64,000 nt of DNA from Antedon mediterranea (taxonomy: Eukaryota > Animalia > Echinodermata), in contig NC_092679.1 in the NCBI RefSeq assembly GCF_964355755.1, positions 2,262,201 to 2,326,200 on the forward strand, read 5' to 3'. Under the pieces are notes generated by a model. It was not told the origin of the DNA. It was given only the letters and a program-made list of their open reading frames with translations, and ran no database searches. Shown piece after piece: positions 1-15,000 of this stretch (its first letter is position 1; each line of letters begins with the position of its first letter). The translations under genes were made by a program, and so were the position numbers.

Positions 1-50
1 GGGACATCTGATGGAAGTTGTCAATGTCTTGCAAGTCCATTGGGTTGTAA
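1..50 (-). CDS. LYST: LYST exon truncated by window edge
   Basis: TTTCAG acceptor at 51-52, phase 2 matches. Confidence 0.7.
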
Positions 51-3000
51 CTGAAAGACATTTAAATTGAAATAATAAGAAAACAAAATTAACCAAAGAT
101 CAAGCAACATAGTGGAGCTGTAGCTTGGTGGTTTACATGCTTGCCTTCTAATCCAAAGGTCCGGGGTTCAATCCTGACCTAGTGCAGGGTTGTAACTCAT
201 GCCTTTTTCAACTCCCCTCCCTAAGCCTCAAATGAGGATTGGCGAGATACTCGTTGCTGAATGCTGAATTTCTTATTATTAAGAAATAAAGGAGAAAAAC
301 ACAGAAGACATTTATTTAATCGCTTTTAAGAATACAACATACCTTTGACTTAAATCCACTGGTTTACCAAAAGTGATTGTTAGACAAGCTTCAAATAATT
401 CCCGAGTCGCTGGGTATTGATGAAGCTGATTGGCTAAAAGGTTAAATCCTCGCATTTTTAGAAACGCCTCAAGTTGTCCTTCGTCAGCTCGGAGGAAGAA
501 CACCTCCAAAAGCTGAGTAAAATAACAGAAATATATTTAAGGTAACTGGCCAATCAACATACTGGAAAGGATAAACATATTTACCAAGTATTTGGACTTT
601 TGAAAAAAACGAAAAGGTGGGTAATTAGTAAATGGATTGATGAAAGATAAAGTATAAACTTTGAGTGAATGAATGAGTGAGGAGAGACTGTACCTTAACA
701 ATGTTAACTCTGACATCATTATGGGCATGGTGAGCAAGAACCAGGAGTAAGTCTGGTTTGATAATTATCCCGATGATCTTCTGACGGCTGGCATCGGGCA
801 TTGATATGATTGCACCAAAGAGAAGCTTCAAAAGACCAGAACAAAGCAGCGCCAATTGGAGCTCTTTCATACAGCTGGCATCGAGGGTGTCAAAGCTGGA
901 GTTGTCACGATTCACCAGATTGCTGGAGTCATCAAGATCTACTGAAGAGGTGACAGAGTTAGTATCTGGAGTTGCAATGACAAGGAATTCATCAAGAACA
1001 AAATCTAAAAATTAAGAAAGAACACAGGAAAGCTAAAAGCTTTTTCTTTAAACTTTTCATTTAAGATGACACAATGGATTACTAAGAAACTAAACTTCAA
1101 TAAAATCACTCCAAATTTACCTTGTGGAGTCTTTATATCAGATGATGAAACCAGTGTATCTCCATCAACCTTTGATTGCGTTTCCTCAACTCCATTTTCC
1201 ACTGCATCCAGGCCAGTATCTTCCTTCTCTTTGACATCTACTGGAGGTGTTCCTGGCACATCTGAATTCGACTCCTGGCGAGCCCAACTACTACTATCAG
1301 TTTCTGAGACACTTTCAGAGTGCATTAAGGAAGACTTTCTTGGAGTACTGGTCAACAGTGAATTGGAGTTGTCACTGTACAGTTGGTAATGAGGATTAGT
1401 CTGTTGGAAGATTGTCTTTGAATCCTGTTGAAAACCTACAATTAAGAGAGTAAGATTTATTTTTGGGAAACCACCTGTGCCACAAAAAAAAAAAACCACA
1501 CAAGCTACTAAAGTGGAGCAGTAGCTTTCAACAATTAAGTTTGCTCCTAAAGAGAAGATGACTACATTTATACATTTTTTCAAAACTGTACCTGTGTGTA
1601 GCGTGAAATAGAAGCTAGCTTTCGCATGACAGATGAATGTTTGTATTGCTGGATGAACCGCTAAAAGGAAGTCGCAGACTTCGGCGATGAGGTGCGTCTC
1701 TGGTGGGCTTCCCATGATGGCCTTGATAATGTTGACAATGGAGAAACACACAGCACCCGGAAACACAGTTACTGATTCATTATTTTGCTCCTGTAAGACA
1801 CGCAAATGGCTATAGATATTTAATACCATTTACACTATAGTACATCCAACTGTATGCTATCTGAGTCTTTATGTACACAATAGTGAATGTTCTTTATTGC
1901 ACAAACTCACAATCAACATCATTAACCTACAGATTAGAATTATGCTTTTGAAAACTTACCCTAATAATCATTAAAAGCTTATCCACTATATTCAAGCTTT
2001 GAAGCTGAGCAACGTTGAAGCTCCTATGCCTGTGGTCTTCACGTATCAGCACCTCTATGACGTGGTAAAGCGTCTCCCATACACCATGTTCAGCATTCTC
2101 CCACAGCTTCCAGGCCAGGATGAGGTACACCAATAGATGGTTAGACTTAATGACAGCCTGGCTGTTTTTGTTTACATTGTATTGGTTTGTTAAACTACAA
2201 TATGTTAGGATACTGTCACTGCAACAGGAATCCAGTAAAATCTGGAAGAAAATCATTAATCATTAAGGTATCGTTACTTCTTAAACTCTGTCTACACTAT
2301 CAAACTAGTTTGATGTGCCCAATATGGTAGTGGTATGCCCAAATATGGTAGTGATATGACATCATCATGTCCATATATGGGCACATCACATTTGTTTGTC
2401 ACATAAAGTTTGGTAGTGTAGACAGAGTTTAAAAGACCCATACACATGGGACTATTCCAATGTCTACACAACCGGCAGCTGGCAATATCTGAATCAATCT
2501 TCATGCCTAAAAAAGATGATAATTCACCAACAATAAGTACCTTTAAAACCTGATATCCCACAATGCAAGATGATGACATAAGAACTTTGCCTAGCAACGC
2601 TGGTCCAGAGATTGATCTGAAATCATTGGCTAATGACTGGCTGCCCTTGAGTAATTGGAATAAAACTTTAAGAGCTTTTGCTTGAACCTGACCTTCGCTT
2701 GTTTTTTCAACAACCTGAAAAATTAGATTTTTTATTTAAAACATTTAAAAAAACTATTTCATTATTCATTTGGTATTTAAGGGATTTGAAAATAATGTTT
2801 ATTATATTGAATTTTACATTTTGGCAATAATTTACAGTACACCTCTACTTTTTTATTTTTGTTTGAGGATGAGTTATGACTATGAATCTGAGCTATTCCA
2901 TTTTCCCTCAGAGGGGTGTATATCTTAAAAATGATGTATCATAGAATTGACTTTACCCTGGCAAACAAATACAAGAAGACAGAAATGCCTCCCAACTCAT

Positions 3001-6000
3001 GGACAGCAGCCTGCATATCCCTGTAAACATGACTTTCAATAGAACACAGTTTGTTCACTTCAACTCGAACAGGTGTCTTAAGAAGGGCATTGGACAGAGT
3101 TTTTGAGCCAGACAGCATCCACGAAAGAGGTTTTTGAGTCTGAGACGAAGCCTTGTAGCAACTGAAGATGTTACCATCACATGGTGAGAACGAGGCCAGG
3201 AAACATTCCTAGAAAATTTAAAAGAAAATATTTATATATTATGTCATCAGTCAGACCATATAGGACAGTGTACTCCTTATCAATTAATGCAAGGTAAAGC
3301 CTACCTTCATGTGCTTTGAAAGAGTGGCAACAAAAAACAATGAAATCATTTAGTAAAGTAAAATTACCCTAAGATTCCTGAGATCCATTTCTCGGTCTTC
3401 TGTTAACAAATCGTGACTTATTCCCGATTTGAGCACATCCTCCGAAATATGACGGCTGTACATCGCAGATTGTTTACTGCCCTCACATGCTGCGAGTGTG
3501 TAATAATCTGGACCCATTGTGTGCAGGTGGAAGCATGTTTCTTTAGTCATTAAATGTGAATCTAAAAAAAGTAAACACAGAATATAATCAAAAGATAAAT
3601 AAAGAAGAAAGAAAGAATATAAATAATATACAAAACTTATTTTTGTATATTCCCAAATTTCAGTTATTCTTTTTAATTATATAAGATTAAAAAGATAGAT
3701 GGACCAAATGTGGATTGTAGAGAATGAAAATATCTTACCATTGAAAATGAGGACATTGCCCATCTGCCAGAGGCCTGGCATGGCAGCACTAGGCTGAAGC
3801 ATGTGGCCTAGCAGACAACATGTGTTAACAGGACCTGGAATGACTGGTCCTGATACCTCATATCTTAATAGTGTTTCATACTGATTATGACCATCAATAA
3901 TCAATTGAATCTAAAAGAAAAACATTCCTGTATTAGTCAATATAATTGTTTATTTTAAAATAGGATACCTCTACTAAAGGGGAAATTGTTGGGTCCAAAA
4001 GTTTCCCCTTAATGGAATGCTTAAGGACTTTTACTGTATTTCCATTATTGTTTGTTTGTCCCACTACTGGTGGTTGTAAAGAGAAAAAAGAGACTGTGTT
4101 AAGCTCTGTTCACACTATTAAACTTTATGTGACAAAAATATGTGATATGGACATAATGATGTCATATCACTACCATATTTGGGCACATCACACATTTTTT
4201 TGTCAAACTAGTTTGATAGTGTAGACAGAGCTTTAAGCAAATACACTTACATGTCCAGCCACTTTCAGCCCATCAAACTTTTCCACATACGCCAACGACA
4301 CATGATGCCAGTAACTAGGATTAATGTTAACCTCTATCACTTTTTCAGCTAGAAATTTTGATTGATTTTGCCTCGTCTCCGATGCTCTATAAAATTTAAT
4401 AGCGATAAAAATTGAATGTGAAACCAATGTGAAAGGACGGCATTAAGTCTGGGTAATCTGTCTCTGTGAACACATGTTACCAAACATAATAATACTACAT
4501 ACAATTACATATTTGGTTTTTAATATCATCACAATTACACAATGTTTGATATTTCCCTCAATTATTATATTTTGTATTTAAGTTTGTATTTAAGTAAAAA
4601 CATACTGAACGTTAAACATATATTTATGTTTAATATCGGAAAAAAGGTGATTAAATATATTTGTTTTTTCTAAATATTTTGTTTTTACTTTATGTATTGT
4701 AATATTTTTTTTTTCTATTTAATGTTATATATTGGGGTGATACAAACTTTCTGATTTTCTGACTCTCCCCCACCACTGACTAAACTACTTTTTTTTCATT
4801 GTATTTATATGCAAATTTTATCTATTAACTAGCCATTTTATCATAATGTTATTGTATAATACATGTTACAAGTTGTTATATTGTGAAAATAAATAGAAAT
4901 TGAAATTAAAGATTTAGAAATGCTAAGTAGAGCAAGTGTGAATGGTGAACGGCCAACGATACAAAAAAAATTATTATTGCGTAATAAAAATCAAAGCATG
5001 ACTACATTTTAGATAACATCTGGTTTGGTATCATGCTTTAATATTAATAATGTCATAAAGTTACTATAGATGTGGAGTGTTTATTAGATTTACATATTTG
5101 CATTTGATATTCTTTATTTATCTAAAAAAGTACAAACATAATGTTGAACTTCATAGTTCCGAAAATCTCCTTTCCATTTTGACTTTTAACACTAAAACAG
5201 ATGGCCTAAGCACCTTTACTTCTGCTGCCTCTTGCTTATGGAATGATCTACCCGTTCTTCTACTACTGCCTTTAAATCTGCCTTCAAAACTTTTTCTTTC
5301 AATTTGAGCTCTCTCACACACCGCACCTTTGATCACTTACTGCTGGAATTGGCGCATTAGAAATTCGTATTATTATTATTATTATTATTTGCGCTCAATG
5401 GCTTAAAGATACATACATTTTCTTCCAAAATTTTTTCATAATTTAACGTACACCAATTAATAGTAATCAACGTTTGTTTAAAGAGTTTCCTTTAAGTGAC
5501 TTTACAAAAAAAAGAAAAATATTATTAATTAATGTAACTAGCCTAGGATTTTTACAGGGGCTTCATTTTTCTACAAAAGGGTAAAATGTAATCAAGAGGA
5601 TAGTTAGGCCAAAGAGATATGATATCTCTATGGTTGGGCCTATCATGAGCTACTGTAGGCTGGTTATTTAGGCCATAGAGATATGATATCTCTATGGTTG
5701 GACCTATCATGAGCTACTGTAGGCTGGCTATTTAGGCCATAGAGATATGATCTCTATGGTTAGGCCTAACATGAGCTACTGTAGGCTGGCTATTTAGGCC
5801 ATAGAGATATGATATCTCTATGGTTAGGCCTATCATGAGCTACTGTAGGCTGGCTATTTAGGCCAAAGAGATATGATATCTCTATCATGAGCTACTGTAG
5901 GCGGTAAGGCTGGCTATTTAGGCCATAGAGATATTATCTCTATCTTTGTGGCTTGGCCTATCTACCATATTTTCACTACTGATCTCTAGTTTGAAAACGG

Positions 6001-9000
6001 CACTTCAACCTTTGTTAGGTGTAAGTTGCGATTCTTACAGTAATTCTGAGAGATAGATCTACTGACAATCTTAAATATGTGTAAACTATATTAAATATCT
6101 TTGCACTATAAATATTAATAGAGGCAATAGAAACCAGATGACGCATCATATGACAATGATATGAAACTATTAAAATTCAGTAAACATGCGAAACTCTCGT
6201 AAAAAAATCGTCATAAAAATATGTGACAGAGAAACTATATTAAAGAATTCCTCCCTCTTTAACGTAATTGTTTTGTATAAATTGTTTATTGTGTATGTAA
6301 ATATTAATTGATGAAATGAAAAAAATAATATTACAGATGTATTGTCCCCCAAAAACATGAAAAATAAATCAGACTTTAAATAGGCCATTTTGCCGTTTTA
6401 ATAAAGTTTTTTACTTCTGTAAAAAAAAAATTATTTCAAAGTTCCAGTTTTTGGTCAAAGTAAAAACTATTACATGACATTAAAGTGGCATATTCAACCA
6501 AAAAAATTGAAAGCATTTTTAAGGGGACAATATATCTTTAAATAAGTTTTTATGATTGGTTATATTTTTGAATATTAAAAACATACCTGATAATAAATGA
6601 GCTGGATTTAGGATCAACCCACATTTGAACTAATCCATCTGAATTCCCAATGGACACAATATGGAGAAGTTGAACGTTCTTGGTAGTTGACACATCATCC
6701 TGTTCATATGATGATTGCTTGTTATGCGTTGACGGAGATTTAGAGTCGGTTTTTCCGGTATCGGAAGACGACTTCCTAAAAGACCTGTTTGTCCGTCTAT
6801 TTCGCGAGAGCTTCGAACTAGACTTTTCTTTAACTTCCTTATCCTCTACCCTCATCCATATCGTTAAGCCAAAACCTTTCCCTACCGGAGGCCAGTTTAG
6901 CTGGTTTTGCAGTGGCAACCTTAATGGGGCTATGCTCCATGGATCTAGGCTTGGGCTTAGGATAGGGTTACTGGTGGGATTCTGGTAGAGGGACATACCA
7001 GGTGAGCTTGGTGGTGCGACATCATGCGTATGGACTGGGAAGCAAAGAATGTGAGTAGGCTGGGTGATAATCCTATCTGTCACCTCCAATAAGGTGTTTA
7101 GTAAAGACTCCTGCAAAAAATAATTTTACTCATTTATCAAAACTAAATGTTGTTCAACTTTATGTTAAATTCATATAGGATTTCATTTGTTGTACAGTAT
7201 TCTACTGTGTCTACATTAGTAATATCATATTGAATTCAGTTATAAGCCCATCAACAGAATTAGGTCAAGTGAAAGGCAAAATAAAATGCAGTTTTAAAGT
7301 TTGTTTGATGTGCATACTATTACTGCCTATTAATACTTAAATTATTATTTTTGATTTAATAAAAAAAACATTACAGTTATCAAATAATAATAATTGTTTA
7401 ACTTACAACTGGGGGATCTGCGGTTTGAAAGAGGTGCAGAAACTGGCGTAGTTCATCGGCCGACATGTATGGTTGAACGAGAACCGCAAACAGCTCTAAC
7501 AAAAGATCTTGAACGACTAAACACAAACAATCACAATTTATATAGTCTGAATTTTGTAATGAATAAAAAAAATTTTTTTTTAAACAAATATTTTTGTTTG
7601 TACAACAAACTTTCAGTATTGAATTACATGACCTTGATTTTTTATTGGACATTTTAAATTTTTATAAACAGGAATTTTAACCAAAAACAACGTATGTTAC
7701 TGCTTACAAATTTAAGTATACTAAAATGTGTTTTTAGTCCAAAAAATATTTTTAAAATTACTGGCATTTATTTAGAGAGGCTGGTGGTGTTAAATATGCA
7801 GAAAACAATGCAATAAAAAAACTGCCATCTGCCATATTGATTACAAAGAACCAATTGTAATTTTGAGGGTTGAATTTTTGTACATGTTTGCAATTGGGTG
7901 TTGATCATAAACAATACCAGCATTGCTGTACCATATTTCACATATTGTTGATGCAAAAAATTGTTTTAAACTTCTGTAAATTTGATCAAGTTGTAAACAT
8001 ATTTATGTCAATGATTGCACGTTAAAAAAAATAAAATAAACAGGTACATTTTAACCAGAAAAGAAACTGATTGGCTATTTATTTTCTAGTTTTAACTAAA
8101 ATATGTATCATACAAATTGCATATTCAACAACAGCAAACATTCTATTGATTTCTGTACAGAAGATGTCTTTAAACAAGGATTTTTTTATTGAAAGATAAA
8201 GTTCATAAGCAAATAATTACTGAAAATGTAAAAAAAAAATAAATAAAAATTTAAAAAATACATTACCTTGTATATTTTTATCCCTCCTTTCGAGAATCCA
8301 CGTAAACTTTCGCAATATTGTACCGCCAATTCCATCGATATAAAGTTTCACACGATTTGAGTCGCTACCTTTGGAGATGTACACTAACTGGCTGAGGGCG
8401 TAACACAATACGTCATGACTTTCCGGATCTTCCTCATTGGCGAGGAGTTCAAGAACCATACGGCATACCTCTGGATAAAGAAGAGCACGTTGCCGTCCAC
8501 TTTGTGGATAATCGTCCTTGTTTTTGGATGATTCGCCTAGCACAACAGTACAAACAAAGAAGTGTAAGTCGCAGTGTATGTATAAGTTTATGATTAGGAA
8601 CCAACCAGTACATGGCTTGGATCCTTGGGGTAATAAAACACATAATAAAAATATATGATCTTTCTTTATCATTGTGAAATACAGAATACAGTTCTGAAAA
8701 AAAATTGTATATATCACATTCAATCTCACAATCTACATAAATCCAAAGGTAAATTACTGAAAATAATGACATTGCTGTGGGTATCAGTGGCTGGATCTCA
8801 ATGGAGTAAAACAGCCAGAAAAAGTAGCAGGGCTTTTGGGCAACACTAGCCCTTCATCAGTGCAAGTCTATATAGATATAATCTGTATTTAGTTTTAACA
8901 TTCATATTTATTTTATATAAATTATTATAATTCAGCATTTCTCAAGGTGATTTAAAAGGTTTAATTATTGATTAGCAGTCTTTACCTACACTGAATCAAA

Positions 9001-12000
9001 ATCTGTGATTTGTTGATTTGAAAATTAGATTGTGGTATAGTCCTACAGGTATTTAAAACAGTCCTCTATGTGTATTGTCTTGTCTATCATTTGGGTACAA
9101 GAACATCCCAAACATTAATTATTATTAATTATTAATAATCAGCGTAGAAAGTATTTCTTAAAATATTTTAGTTTTTATATTTTATTTTTTTACATGGCTA
9201 TTAAAAATATTTTCCATTTTAAGCATATACCAATTAATCGTCTAAATATGCAAACTTGACAAAAACATTGTACGTGAAAACATCTGTGAAAATGTTGTCA
9301 TCCAATCAGCACTCGTGATATTATCCTTAAATGTGGTTATTTAAAAGAATTTTGTCAATTGTTTTTAAATTGATTTTCATTATAAATATTTAAAACATAT
9401 TTCAACACTGCTGGTTGCAATACCAATTCTTAAAACGTATTATTTCAGATTATTGCAAAGTTATTTTAACCAAGGATTTTGGTTGTCATGAGAAAATATT
9501 AATTTCACCTTTGAACTTAGACCTCACCTGTATGACTATCATCCTTTTCATTATCAGCTTCATAGCCTGCTGCTCCTGTGAACCAAGCCTCGCCAGAGTC
9601 ACTGGGCGAGTCGCTGACATCATAAAGGTCCTCCCATTTGAACGATGTATTTCGGCTTTTCTTCTGTACAAATAAAAAGTATAATTGAAAGTAATCAAAT
9701 ATATAAATACAGTATTATAATAACTATAGGCAGAAATAGACACTTGTAAGAATAGATTAGTTTCATTATATTTTGTCCATTCCAACACAAATATAGCTAT
9801 GACATGCCTTGTGTGCCAAAACGTATTTTAAATATTGACCTAAAAAAAACTTTACCTTCGATAATGAGCACATTCGACTGTTTTGAAAGCGGTGAGGGTC
9901 AAGGTTCGCAAGTGACGCTGTGTTCAACACGCACTCTATCAATGATTTCCCGATGATTGTATGTAAATTTCCATAATCCGTCAAAGTCTGTTTTATCCTC
10001 TGAACGATACTCGTAGTTGATAAATCCTTTATACGACAAATTAAATTAAATTAAAGCCTAAAATGGGCAACTTAATGGGGGTTACAAATTCTGAAACAAG
10101 TTTGTCATACTTAACTATGAAAACATTCACAGAAATCAGAGGGAAAGTGGCAAAATGCTTCCTACTTTCTAGGACTTTTATGTGGTTAAGTTGTCAGATA
10201 GCCCATGTTGTTTTGGCAATTTTAACTCATTTTGTAACATGGCCACAGCCATTTTTCCCTGACAGTAATGTCGTAACAACAAAGAACATACTGCCTACTG
10301 GAGCATGAAAGGGAGTAATGCCTTCTACTGGTATTGAATTCACGTAAAAGGTTTGGGAATGAAATAACTTACCACTGAACTGATTTTGAAGACTTTTGCT
10401 GAATTTAAGCAAATACTCAGAGTTGAACCAAGCAAGTCGAGAATGATATTAAACCGTGTATTGTCCACCTCTGCCGGATTTTTATCAATGATGTCATCCA
10501 AATCGCGACTTACTTTCACGATTGCAGTCAAAGACTCCTGCAGAAGGAATTTCGAAGTCCAAGGTCCACGGCATCGGAAAAATTCCTTTTGAAACCCAGA
10601 ACTGTGGGTCAACAGATACATAGCACTTCGCCAAATATCTGCTGCTTGTTCTAAACGACTCTTACTCCGACAGAGGAGTAAGTTATCGGATTGGACTCCT
10701 TGAGAACTGCTTTCACTTCCGTTAACGGGTGTCATTGTTTTACTGCTGGAGCAAGAGCTTGGTTTACTGTTGGTGTTTAATGGTGAATCTGCATCATATA
10801 AATCATCTGTTGTTTTGGATTCTTCGTCTTTTGGAATTACGTTAAGAAGAACGTTAACAAACGCTTCAATAACATTATTTGACTCTGAAGTTAGGCTGCT
10901 TAAGCTTTCAGAAATTGAGGAGGTAGAGAAGGACAATCCTTCTTCATGTGACATGTTATCTGGAGTAATCTTCCCTATACTTCTATCTTTATGGTTCTGA
11001 TTGCTACTCTCTGAAATTATCAAAACCTCAAAAACCCTCAAGACATACGGTCTTGTATTTTCTAATCTTAGAAGGTACAAGAGCTGGTTGAGTCCTCCTT
11101 GGTACAAGAACAAACTCTGTGCAGATGTGGTTGTTAGGAGCGGTGGCAATGCACAGAAGCAGTGTTCTAACACCTCTGTGCCAACAAGCTCAGACCCGTC
11201 CATCTCGTCTTGCTCTAACTTAGTATGCATCTCAAAGCATGGCAAAAAAACCTTTCTGTAAAGACTCTGCTTCAACGAAAAGTCACCAAGTTTAACTAAA
11301 CGGTATAAATGTCTCGCAACCTGTATCCCCAATACTCGGTCTTTGTGAGTAAGAAAAGTTCTGTACATGTGAACGAAATTCCATTTTGAGAAGATAGTAT
11401 CATCTTCGGGAAGACTACCGTCACTGCTGATGGCACTGTCTGACGAACCAAATGCTTCTGGAGTCTTCAACTCTGACATCGAAGAAGAAACTTTCATTCT
11501 TCTTTCCTGACACTCGGCACACATATCAAGACTAGCTCGATCATATTTCTCATTTCCTCCTAACTGTTCTAAAATGAGTTTCGCAACAATGCTTAAAATG
11601 TATGGTCTCAACTGTACTGATACTTTTGGAAGATTTTCCAGAAGCGGTACGACAATCTGTTCTGGTGTCATACAGCAACAAATCCCAGAGTTTTCGATGG
11701 CAAATAAAATTCCTGCTAAAACTAACTTGTATTTTGATTGCATAAACAGTTGGAGAAGAGTTTCAGTGACACGAGAAACGCAACATTTCAAGTTTGACGA
11801 CAGACTTTGCGATCGTAATGATTCTTTCTTTGCAAAGTCCGTCTTTAAAGTTTGCATATCGTGTTCGTGTTGTAATTGTTCTTGGTAAATTGTACAACTC
11901 ATGCCGTAGATGTTGTGATGATGGTGCATATAGGTGGAGTAATCACACTGCCTGTGAGTCCTTTTAAGGCACTGCATTTTGTGCATATATTCTAACTTTG

Positions 12001-15000
12001 CTCGCTTAAGTGCCGTAATCATCATAGATAATCCTCTGATAAGTCCTCTTAACATATCTTTAATCTGGCCATCTTTATCTATCCCAAGAACTAAACACTC
12101 ATCAAGATCTTTGATCACATTCGCAAGAAGATCAAATCCAGCCTCGTTTTCAAACTCTTGCATGAGAACATTAACATGTGTAATGACGGTATGGTTAGAA
12201 GTAGAATTACGCAATAATGACGTAATTAATTCTAACACTCCTTGTAATATTTCCGAAAGATAAACAAAATGAAATGAAACCGTTTCATTTTTGGTTGATA
12301 ATTCTTGCTTGGCATCAGTAAAGACCTCGGCATCATCATCTGATGTCTCTTCATAAGAGCTTTCAAAAGGTTTAGATCCATCGATCTCTTTCGTAATTCG
12401 CTGAGCAATTTGTAAAAGAGAAGTTAATGTTTTTGTTGATGAAATTCTAGTAGCACCATCAACATTAGAACCAACAGTGTGGCAGAGCTTCAGTAGAACT
12501 CTAAAAACTAATCGTTGTAACGTTGGCAGGACCTCATCCTGATTCCATCCCTTACCAAGTTCGAATCCTTCTACACTCGTTTTCTGTTCAAAATTGAACT
12601 CTTTCAGAAACAACAAAATCTGCATCATCTGTGGCACAAGAACAATTGACAGACTAGTCCTGTTTGTGTTGCTAAGCAACTCGTTGGCACAGAGTTTCTC
12701 CAGAAGCGATAACAAAACCAGACAGAGATCAAAGGCATTTGTCTCTTCCAGAAGAACCACACCTGTTTTTTGATCCACTTTGTAATTAGGCTGAACGACG
12801 CTACTTTTTTTACATGTGTGCAGGAACTGACCCGATGGTTCTTTCAATAGTTCATAAGGTATTCTTCTTTGTCTGGTTTCTCCGTCTGATTCAGTGCTAT
12901 CCTCTCCTTTTCTCTGTCGGGATTTCCTCCTTCGGCTTCCATACTGCCAGCTAGCGGATGCCATAAATGAAAACTTGCGACAATTTCGGCCTTGATGGAT
13001 TGAACTTAGGCGTCTATGGGGAATCCCCTTTTGCTGTGGGAAACAACAGCTAACGTGGGGAACCCAGTAAGATTTTTCTGAAAGATAAAGATAACATATA
13101 AAAGAGTATTCTGTGAACTGTCAATCAAAGAAGCTAGTTTAGAAAATACTCATCTAAAAAATGAGCTTGGGCTGACACCGATGCGAGACACTTATAGTTT
13201 GTTTTTATATCTTGCTCATAAAAAAAATAGACATGACTTTAGTGATTCCTTTAGGGCTAGATAATATACTCTATATATTTAAATGAATTGAATTGATTAA
13301 TTCAAACCTACCATTCACTTTCTGCTTCAGTGGTACTCTGAGTGTTTCTTGAAATAAGGTGATTAACAGATTTCCAAGATCAACATTTATACATGACAAT
13401 GCCTAGAAATATAAACATAAAATACATATACCCATCCAATGAGTATCACAACACTAAAGATGGCAGAATTTATTTATTCTCAGTACAAACTGGAAAATTG
13501 AACTCAATAAAACATTAAATCAAACCTGTATATTATAATAAACTGTAGTTTTTTACTAATTTCCAAATTATATCATTTAGGTATTAAAAATAATATTTCA
13601 ATACCAAAAAAAAGGGTTGTAACCAACAGCATTATAGTGATCCTAATTGAATATACACAATTGCATTATGTAGAATTGCTGCCAAGTTTATTGTCATTGT
13701 CATGTGACCTAGTATAGCATCATGCCAACTGGGAAGGATCATGTGTTTATTTTTTAAACATAATGAAAGTTGAGTAGTGGTGATTTAAGACCACAAGAAT
13801 GTAAACCAAGTCATTATAGAAATGTAAGAATATTTAGAACAAAAAAGACTCCTATTAAAGGGACACCTTCAGGACCGAATAGAGTGTTTTACGATATAGG
13901 GTGGTCTCCTAAAAGGGGGTTGGCCGTATTGTTAAAATATATTAGTTTCATTCAAAAGTGTCTTCTTAATAGGGGTTTCCCAAAGTAGGGTTCTACTACA
14001 ATTACTTTATCTTCATATAAGGAAGATTTTAATTTGTAATGGCTTAGGGACTAGTTAATTCATTGTGTGCGCACACAGCAACATTAGGATGTACTTTCTG
14101 CCTCAATTCTTCAACACAGTTTTTCAACAACATCATATGTGTGTAGGTTCTAGGTCATTATACCTGAGTGGCTAGGTTATGCAATGTGTTGAGTATATAT
14201 AACCATCCCCTTCCTTGTATCAGATAAGGAGGGTGGGGTCACTGTACCTGAGTGGCTAGATTATGCAACGTATTGAGTATAAGCCATCCCCTTCCTTGTA
14301 TCAGATAAGGAGGGTAGGGCCACTATACCTGAGTGGCTAGATTACGCAACGTATTGTGTATAACCAACCCCTTCCTTGTATCAGATAAGGAGGGTGGGGT
14401 CACTATACCTGAGTGGCTAGATTATGCAATGTGTTCAGTATAAGCCATCCCCTTCCTTGAATTAAATACTGCATTAAGATTGTGTACCCATTCTCATCTA
14501 CTTCACTGTTGTTTGCCTGAGCTTTGGTCGCTAGTTCGTGAACATCCGACATAAACTCCCGAGTCATGATGTTGAACGAACTTGGTATGTCCGTACTAGA
14601 ATAATGAAAACATGCAGAAGTTATAGATGACATAATCATATGTTTTATCTAAAAACAAGATTGAAAATATGGTACATTGATTACCTACTGTATAAAAAGA
14701 GTATACTTGTCTCAAACAGAACCCTCAACTTGTGTTTTTAAAACAATATTAAATTAATTCAAAAGGCTAAAGCAATGTAATTATTTTACTCACCAAAAGT
14801 TAGTTATATCCTCTCTATCAATTGCTTTGTTTGACGACATGACTAGAAATAAATGTAAAAAGTCTTCTAAACACAACTGTTTTTCCTGAAAAAGAAAGTA
14901 AAAATCCTCAATTTAAATGTTTGATTTTCTCAATGATCATAATACAAATTACAAAATAAAAAAGAAAACAAAAACAAGGTGGAATGTCACATTATATGGT

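Noticed and set aside
111-185. tRNA gene
   Set aside because: A/B boxes are present but there is no clean cloverleaf; it continues into a body shared by several diverged copies, so it is a SINE.
1005-1829. Single 274-aa exon/ORF
   Set aside because: Two LYST exons joined by a stop-free 156-nt intron (1436-1591) with canonical splice sites and low-complexity translation.
14596-14648. Longer LYST exon using the acceptor at 14649
   Set aside because: Joining to the upstream exon creates TGA; the acceptor at 14596 keeps the frame.
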